A stretch of DNA of 64,000 bases from the human T2T-CHM13v2.0 reference genome, Homo sapiens. Shown piece by piece: positions 55,664 to 64,000 of the stretch (within the stretch, counting starts at the first letter, position 1; every line of letters begins with the position of its first letter). The notes under the pieces are model-generated. The model had not been told where the DNA came from, did no database searches, and saw nothing but the letters and a program-made list of their open reading frames with translations. The stretch is from assembly GCF_009914755.1 (NCBI RefSeq), contig NC_060926.1; one strand, given 5' to 3'. A program made the translations under genes and the position numbers.

Positions 55664-58304
55664 GTAGCATTTTCTTGTTTATAAAGCACCTTTCATATCT
55701 ATGTCTGTATCTATATATCTATATATCTATATCTATCTCTCCTTTAGACTTTATAGTAGTGAGGCAAGCTTTATTATTGTATAAACATGAAAACAAAGTC
55801 ATATAACTTTCTCAAGGTCACACAGCTAGTGTAGCAGAGCCAGGACTGACCTCAAGACTTTTACAGTCTAGAACCTCTCAGAACAAGAGAGAATTTGAGA
55901 GAGCTTTGCAAAGTGCATTACCACTGGAATCACTTGGCAAAAGGAAAAGAAATCCATGCAACTAACTTACACAAAAAGAGGATATGTTAAGAAGACTCAA
56001 GGACATATTCAGAATCCAAGATCAGCTAGACCTCATAAGGGCCATTGTTCCAGAAAAACTGCCAGGAACAGAGAGAGCCAGCCTCCCCCGTGACCTCACT
56101 CTCTCTGTGGGTCTGCCGGCCCTGTCCTGCTTCCCAGCGCAGCACTGTTCAATCCTTCTCTCTCTGCTTTTTGTCAGATTTCAAATGCCAAACCCTGGGC
56201 CTCTCAATCCGTTGCTTTTCCTAGGTAGTAAACATGTACTTGGTAAAATACCATATATGTTCTAATATATTGTTCACTGAGGAAATACTCAAGGCTCTAT
56301 GAAGGGGAAATAGTCACATGTCAAGTTTAAACTGCTAATCATTTCTAAACAAAGTGGAATTATTGTTTTATATGCTGTTTCATACCAAATTTCATATATA
56401 TATTGACATCTATTATTTCTCAAAACTTTTTAGCTTTCATTTTTTGTAATAGCATCTTCTCAATGTAGGACTTCTATTATATAGAATAATTACTGATCAT
56501 CAACACTGACTATTAAACCTACAAGTTAAACTTGGGTAGATCATGATTTTTTTTCTGTAAGAGAAGATATAATTAGTAAATAAAAACTGGGCTATAAATC
56601 AATAATGAAATTTTCTAGAAAGCTCCAAAATGTTCATCTAAGAAGACAGTGGAACAGACAGCAGTACCAGGAGGTCTGTCTCCCAGCTTTCTCTGTTGCG
56701 TGTACAAAGACATTTGAGTTCATTCAAAAAATGATGAATTTGATTTGCTTCAGGACTTCATAGGATGCTCTGCTGTTGTGCACAGCATAGAGATGGATCC
56801 ATAGATGGCTCTCAGGATCTAAAGTCAGGCAGGCTTAGCACTCATAGCTTAACTAGGAAAAGGTTACATTAGAATGCCCAGAGAAAATATTCATATTACA
56901 TCAGGAGCCACACAGATTGATAAGAAACACACGAAGTAGTCAGCATGTGAATAGGCAGATTATGAGTAAACATCTTCACAAGAATCAGTACAAATAAGTG
57001 AGAAAATGTTAACTCCCAGGAGTAATCAGAGGACATAACTGCCCTCTACTGCTCACCCCAAGGGAAATGATTTAGAATGTTATGACCTCTACTTACTTCT
57101 GAGAATTTCTCCCAAGAGAGAAAAAGTTTATCTGCACAAATTAATTTTCAGTAAAGAAGTGGCATTCAATATTAGGAGAACAGTGAAATAAATTGTAGTG
57201 TCAGCCCTAATACAGCCATGATACAGTTAATTTTGAAGATTACTGGCAACATGAACATATTTATATCAGATTTTCAAGCAACAGTAAAACAATCAGAAAG
57301 TCAGAGCTGAATAGGTTCTGAGACATGGTAACATCTCCAAATCTTCCACGTATGTAATTCAGAGAATAGACTGTGTAAAATTGGGTTTGCCTTTCTCTAG
57401 TTCTCTACACAGGTTCTGAATATGACACGGATCTGGGCATACTAGCTGAAAGAGACAATGGGAAGTTTTAGAAGAGAGACACAACTGTCAGAAAATCCAG
57501 GGAGAGCTGTGGTGGGTGTGGAATTACCTGACATTTGTATTCACCCGCGTATTCCCCACCAATATATAAACTTTTTTAAAACCATAGAACCATGAAAAGA
57601 AAAGGCCTCGTTGCACAATTTGGTGCTCCCTTCATCTGTGGAGAGCAGGTGTCTGTGCCACAGCTCTGGTGGTCTAGGGAAGCATTCGCAGTAGACGAGC
57701 CAGCTGCCTCCCAGGCTGAGATCCTGGAGTCACCCTGTCAGCACGCTCAGACCCCATGTGGCTTCTTATGGTGCTGCCTCACTATCATGTCTTCCTTCTT
57801 TGGAGTTGAAAGCCTCTTCTTCCCATCTCCCCACTTTCCTAAACCCTCTGAAGTTACGTCCACACAACAGTCATGAATGGGATCCAAGGAGCTTAAGTAC
57901 TACATATGAAAGGCTGGGAAACCTCAAGGCAAATACTGCCTTGATCACCTGGAAAATGGTCCTCTCTTTCACCATCACTCACAGGCCAGGTGCCCAAAGG
58001 CATTGCATCTGAGGTAAGCAGATGTCTGCAGCTGTGTGTTAGATACAGCTCCACAAAGGTAGACCCTGGGGTGAGGCCAGCCCTGTGAAGAGGGTCACAC
58101 AGCAGGTGAGAGTGCCCGTGCATTTGGCCTGCTGGTCCACAAGCCAACCTCTGATTTCCTTTCGGGCATTAGTCCATGGTCCCTCCTTATTGGCAGCACA
58201 TGGGAGTGGTGCCTGAACTGGGCTGCTGTATTTTATCACTTCTCTCTTTGCTGTTGAAGAACTGTGGGCCTTGAGTCCAATCTAGTAAATGTCCTCATTA
58301 CACT

Positions 58305-58625
58305 CTCTCAGGCTGGGTTCCCAAAGTAGACTCTAAGGCAAGAAATTGAGTGCAAGTAGAGTATTTGGCAGACAATCCCAGAAAGCACTGCTATCAGGGT
58401 GGGAAAAATGTGACAGGACAGAAAAAGAAACCAACAAAGGGTGCAGGTTCAGGCAGGTTTCCACTGTGGCTTCTGGGGCTCCTTCCCACTGAGGAGTGAT
58501 GATGAGACAGCCAGAGTTACTCCACCTGCAGAGCAAGGAAGCTGAAGTCTTTAACTTCCATCTGCCCCAGCACCGGCTGTGGCTGCTCCCTGTGGCACTA
58601 CCTCTCAGAAAGCTCTCTGGTGGGA
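58305..58625 (-). mobile_element. ERVL LTR (LTR16-like)
   Basis: ggctgggttcccaaagtagactctaaggcaagaaattgagtgcaagtag. Confidence 0.6.
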
Positions 58626-59139
58626 GTGGCAGGTGTCTGTCACAGCACACCAATGGGTGACTAGCAGGTGCCCCTGTGTTTGGGTGGCTTATTGAGCACC
58701 AGGGTAAGGCTGGAAGAAGAGGGTGTGGAAAACACTACAAGAGATTGGCAGAGGGCATGAATGGGCAAGTCATAAAAGAAATGCAAATTAAATTTTAAAA
58801 ATTGTTTTGGATCTATAAATTGCAATGACTGGAAATAATGATAACACCCAGGAGTCAGTGAGTTATCTGGAGACCCACTCAGTTATATGCTGTGGTCAGA
58901 TTATAAACTGGAATAAAGTTTGAAAGGCATTTTGGCAACACATACTTAGGAATGATTCTCATTAACAAAAGTAATCTGGGCATATCTCTTCCTGTCAACC
59001 TTAAATAGTCTGATACAGCTTAGAGAAGATATGGTGTGCTCTGTACCTATGGCGGTAGAGTCATTACAAATAATCAGGGACTGATAATTATCCTCTACTT
59101 AATAGTTCTTCCATGTCCCCCATCAACTCTTGCTAACTT

Positions 59140-59417
59140 TTCTTTCTTATAACTTCATCACCTGAAATTGTGTCATATATATTTTTGATCTGTTTACTGC
59201 CTAATTCCTTTTGGTAATGTAAGTTCTGTGATGGTAGGGACTGGTCTTAATTATGATCACCTAGATTTGTGCCTAGATAGTACTCAATGTGTATCTGGTA
59301 AGCAAATGCAGGGTTGCATAAATGGATGGATAAATGGATAAGTGGATGGGTGAGTGGATGGATGAGTAAGTGGGTGGATGAGTGGACGAATGGATAGATG
59401 AGTGGACAGATGGATGA
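59140..59417 (+). mobile_element. L2 3' end followed by a (TGGA)n tract
   Basis: taagttctgtgatggtagggactgg...tactcaatg, then TGGA repeats at 59323-59417. Confidence 0.7.
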
Positions 59418-62049
59418 GCACATCTTTGCTGATTATTCTTTAAAGGTGAAGAGGAGATGGTGGGTAGGTTGAGGTCTGGTTTTGCCTAAGTGAAGTGAAG
59501 CCATTGATAGGTTTGAGGCATGAACACCGCTTACCCCATCTAGTGCCAGTCTTACCTGAGGATGACTTGATTAGGAACCCATATGACACGTTGTACATCT
59601 ATAAACTGATCAGACAACTCCTTTTGTGTGACCCCCAAACACTCATCCACAAAAATGTCCCATTTCCATTAGAAGAAATATCATGGTTCTCAGTCAGCTG
59701 CTTCTGCTGAGACCCCCACCTCCAGAAGATCTGGTAGAGGAAGCCCAAAGGCTCTTTCCATCGGAAGCATTTGCAGGTTGTAACACTTCTCATCCCACTC
59801 ATGGAAGAGCAGAGACAGCCTGGTTGGGCGAGCACTCACTGTGGAGATGCACAGCCCTACAGGAAACAGCTGCCTTGTCCCTGTCCTGCTGAGTTTCATG
59901 GCATCACATGCTTCTGCCAACTGGAATCTTCTAGCGTGTGGTCCATGGGGATCAGATTTAAAGGCACCAAACTCTGAACAGTCGTACAGTGGCCTTGTGA
60001 CAAGTAGTTTATCACATGACAATGGCATGGTGATGGTTACCTTCCCTAAAATATTAGGGAAAATTTCCCCTTTATGTAGTATATTTGCTAAAAATTGTAT
60101 AAAAAATAGCCTAGTTCATAAAAGTAACACTAACCAAGTATACTTTAAAGATTACTTTTCTTGGACCAAGGATGTCTGGGCTCAATCTGCTTCCCCATCC
60201 AGGCCAGGCCTCTTGCTGATGGGCTTTGTGTGGGGACAGCAGGAGGACCACAACAGGGAGCAGGTGGGGAGATGTGGCTCACAGTTGTCCCCTGCTGCCC
60301 TCGGTTCCTCCAGCTCTGACTCTCCTGGCTCTGCAACTTCTATGGCTGACGTGTCAGCAATCGCTGGCCTTGCTCTGCTTTCTGGTGTTTGGGGCCTTTG
60401 CATTGCTACCCGTCAAACCCTGGTGTTCATAAGTGTTTGGTTTTATCCTGCTCAGTCCCACTGTCATACAAGACTCAGTCTTGGGATCTCAGGGAAACAC
60501 GTGGGTCTCCTACATGAAAAGCATGGGGTCCCTTCCCTTTATGTCTCCAGCCCCGAGAGCGAGTTGCCTGATGGGAAGGAAATTCTTGGCAAATATGTTT
60601 GGGTGGAATTACTGTAAGGACTGGGTCTTTGAAGGCAGCACCTCCAAAGAATTCTAGCTTTTAATGTGGATGATTTGCTTCGTTTTCCTCGGAGTCAACT
60701 TGCCTGAGAAAGTTGTTGCTGAGTCCTTTCCAACTCAACAAGTTGAGGCAATATCTTGGAAGTGTTTTTAATGGGAGATCTCTGTTCTAATTCTCCTGGA
60801 TTTCTCTTCAACTGGTTAGGATGGAGAGGAGGAAAAGAGGTCTGTTCTTGAATTTGAGTCTTGGTCTTACCACTACTGGGACTTGAGTGGTTAGACAAAA
60901 ATGGTGGACAGACAGATATAAGGATTTGATGGTGAAGGAAAGGCTTTTTCACAATCTGTGTTTCTGTGGCCTTCCTGAGGGTCTCTTTCGTCCTTCATGG
61001 CCTGGCATAGGATTCTTCTATGTACTACTCAGATATAGTATGGCGCTATGGCTAGAATTTAGAGTTTTCCCAGCTCAGAAAGTGGGCAATGACCTGGACA
61101 GCCTCTTGGGATGCAGCTGGGATCCTAACTAAAAAGAAGCCAGGCTGGGCTTTCACAGGGGACAGTTGGGGTTGAGAAGCTCCATCCCCATGGCCTCCTT
61201 CCGCGGGACCCACTAAGGCTTGTTGGGACACGGCAAGCAATTTCCCATCATTATTATTCAGGGGAATTTCATCCATTCGAGTGGAGGTTTTGTCCATTTC
61301 TGGTTATTCTGAATTCCATAGGATTCCAGGCCCTTCCGGCTCTGAGGAGGAAACTTTCTAGCAAATGTGGATGCTTGTTTCCAGTCCTGTAGTTCCATAT
61401 TCACATATTTTCTCACTCACGGAAGGGGTCAGGAAGAGAGCCGAAACCTCAGCAGGAAACTGGGTTGGGGGTCTAGGATGGAGCAGATTTGGAGCAATGC
61501 AGTGTTTTTGGAGCCAGGCCAGGGAATGCTGTGGTTATTACTCATTGTATTTCTAATGTTTCACAGGCAGAGCTTGGCGGTGTGCTTGATGCAAACATGG
61601 CAGATATGAACCTGGTGTTGTACCCGTGGGTCAGGATGAGGCAGGCATGGGTGTGTGTGAGGCCCTGGGTGTAGAATCAACCGAAAGTGGAGGCTTGCTA
61701 AGAAGACTCTATCTCCAATAAATCAGCTACCTGTGGGTCTGACTCCAGTCAAGATTGGCACCAGACTACCCTGGCTGAAGTGTCAGGGCCTCCCATCAAG
61801 GTCACGCATGGAAGGAGGAATCCGAGGGAAGCTGGGGAAGGTTGCTGGCTTCTCGCCTTGGGTGGAAAGGCGGAAGCCCTGGGGTGGGGGTTTAGGAGCA
61901 GTGCTTCTGTCCCCGCAGAGTTGGCTTGGCCATGACGGAAGAAAGCCCGGATCTCAAGCTGGGGCCTTCCAGAGGAAGGGGAGTGCTGATGTCAGGCAAT
62001 CAGTCATGGAACTTTGATGTTGGGATCCAGTCCCTTGGGAGGGGAGTCC

Positions 62050-62232
62050 TTTTTTTTAAACTTTTAAGTTCAGGGGTACATGTGCAGGTTTGTTACATAG
62101 GTAAACTTGTGTCAGGGGGGTTTGTGGTACAGATCATTTAATCACCTAGGTATTAAGCCTAGTACGCATTTGTTATTTTTCCTGGTCCTCTCTCTCCTCC
62201 CATTCTCTACCTCATGATAGGCCCCAGTGGAG
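62050..62232 (-). mobile_element. L1PA 3' end fragment
   Basis: ttcaggggtacatgtgcaggtttgttacataggtaaacttgtgtc. Confidence 0.85.
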
Positions 62233-63014
62233 TAGGGGACCTTCTGAGTCCTGAGTCACAGCAGCTTTTATAAAGACAGGTTTTTCTTGGTGTCCGGTAG
62301 GCTCCCCTAGCTGGGCCAGCAGAGGGAGGTGGGTGCAGAGGATGGTGGGGAGGGCAGTGGGAGGAAAGGGAGACAGACAAGAGCAAGGGCTCCTGCTGGA
62401 GACTGGGTTCCTCCCAGGTATTAGGCCTAGCATGATGGGGTTTGTTCGGGGAGCTCATATCAGGGAACAGGAGCAGGGCTGAGAGAGTGAAGTGGGGAGA
62501 AGGGCAAGGTCTTCCACAGTGCTTCCTCAGGCTGGCCGCCACTGTGGGCTGCCGGATCCCATCCACTGGGCACTGAGGAGCTGGGGGGGACTTGCCTCTC
62601 AGAGTGGTCTGCCTGAGGACAGAAGGAGGAGCCGTCATCCAGTACATGCCTTCCCTTGGTCCAGGGCTGCCACACAGAGTCATTCCCAGGCTGTGTGGGC
62701 ACCATGCGTGTGTCATAGAAAAGGTGCCCACAGGTACCTCCTGCAGGAAGCTTGTTGCTGCCACAGTGGCTGGAGTAAAAGGTGGGATGAGAAGCCGTGA
62801 CGTTGAGTTCAAGCAGAGAGCTCTGTGATATGACGGGAACAAGAAAGGCTTCTGCACTGTTCATGAACTTGGTTGTAGCTTGTGGGTAACCCATGTCTTT
62901 CTATCTGGGGGAGGGAACATTGATCACCTTCAATTCCTGGGTTTCTGCTAGATGACCTGATTCCGGGGGAAGGTACCAGCTTTGGGAGTCAAGAAAAGCA
63001 ACTCACCTAACGTA

Positions 63015-63420
63015 TCTATCTGAGTCTTAGTCTTCTCACCTGTAAAATGGGAATAATAATTTATTTCCTATCTCCTGGGTATTGTGAGTTAATAGGGAAT
63101 TACAATAATAAATTTCCAAAGGAAATGCCTTGCAGTGTGTAAATCCCTCTGCAGGTGTGAAGTGAAACTAATAGTGAAACACAGACGCATGTGAACTGTC
63201 GGCAGTTATGACAGCTGGCCCCTTGAGGGTTCTAGGTGCCTAGAGACTGTCTGGCACTTTTATATGCATAATATCATCTCATCCTCCTTGCAGCTCCTAT
63301 GGCAGTCACTGTTATTATTCCCATTTACAGATGAGGACACAGAAACTCAGAGAGAGCAAGGGCCTTGCCCTGGGCCCTGCAGGAAGTGGTATTGGGAGGC
63401 TCCACGCTGCCTGTCTGCAT
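63015..63420. mobile_element. Two MIR fragments in opposite orientation
   Basis: tcacctgtaaaatgggaataataa (plus) and cccatttacagatgaggacacagaaactcagag (minus). Confidence 0.7.
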
Positions 63421-64000
63421 TGCAGAAGCTCAGCCCCTTTCCTGCCCCAAATCTCTCACCACTGCTTGGTTAAACACGGTGTTACCTGGCTGTGTAGCAC
63501 TGTGGCAAGCGGTCTACTAATCCTGATTGGATTCTAGGAATACCAGCAATGGGATGGCTGCCACCTGCTGACAGGGAGAATGGAGGAGGCCAAGGTCAAG
63601 CCCAGGGGCAGCCTGCCTTGGTCCTAAGTGTGAGCGGCTGGTGGAGATGAGCCAGGAGGAGGCAGAAGCTGGTAAGGAGGCTGGTTTTGCCTAGTACAAG
63701 GATTGTTACCAGGGCTCCATGAATAGGCTTGGGGCAGTGTCTCAGCCTCTCGAATGGCCTGTAAATGTATGGGCCCATGGGTGCATATGCTTTTTTCTAG
63801 GAAGCAGGTTCATCATTTTTATTAGTGTCATAATAATCCATGACCCTGAAGTTTGAACAGCAGTTCTCCATTGGGCCACCCTGGCATAAATGCAAGTGGT
63901 ACAGGGCCCCTTGGATATCTCTGTACACATTGAGACCTGGACAACTTGTCCTTCTGAATGGCTTAAATCCCAAGAATTTTGCCTCTTTACGTGGCTGCTT

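Noticed and set aside
59841-60617. Longest ORF in the window (258 aa)
   Set aside because: Non-ATG start in the sequence, no recognisable domain or exon structure; likely chance.
62207-62894. 216-aa and 144-aa minus-strand ORFs
   Set aside because: No recognisable homology; GC-rich intergenic sequence ending in an L1 fragment.

Overview
Human (primate) genomic DNA, not microbial. The window holds the 5' end of IQCA1 (DRC11, an IQ-motif plus AAA-domain protein of the nexin-dynein regulatory complex) on the minus strand. It has a CpG-island promoter at about 33.5-34.3 kb and five coding exons (33578-33568, 23796-23472, 20196-20077, 14556-14365, 13265-13194). These join through GT-AG junctions into 240 uninterrupted codons ([12 protein letters not shown]...[16 protein letters not shown]...IFLGM); the gene continues beyond position 1. 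The rest is intron and about 30 kb of upstream intergenic DNA, which from memory of the 2q37 locus lies towards ACKR3. It is dense in L1, L2, L3, Alu, MIR, MaLR/ERVL LTR and DNA-transposon relics and includes one intact human-specific AluYa5. Almost all other listed ORFs are repeat-derived or chance ORFs. I see no evidence of a novel multi-gene system. The most notable unexplained structures are: a nested inverted duplication around a TA-rich tract (17.1-17.6 kb); an old A-B-A-B local duplication (37.6-41.2 kb); an inverted pair of identical RFX/MYB-type 10-mers in the promoter; an intronic 22-mer complementary to exon 3; and two intronic minisatellites. Repeat subfamily names are from visual recognition and need RepeatMasker confirmation.
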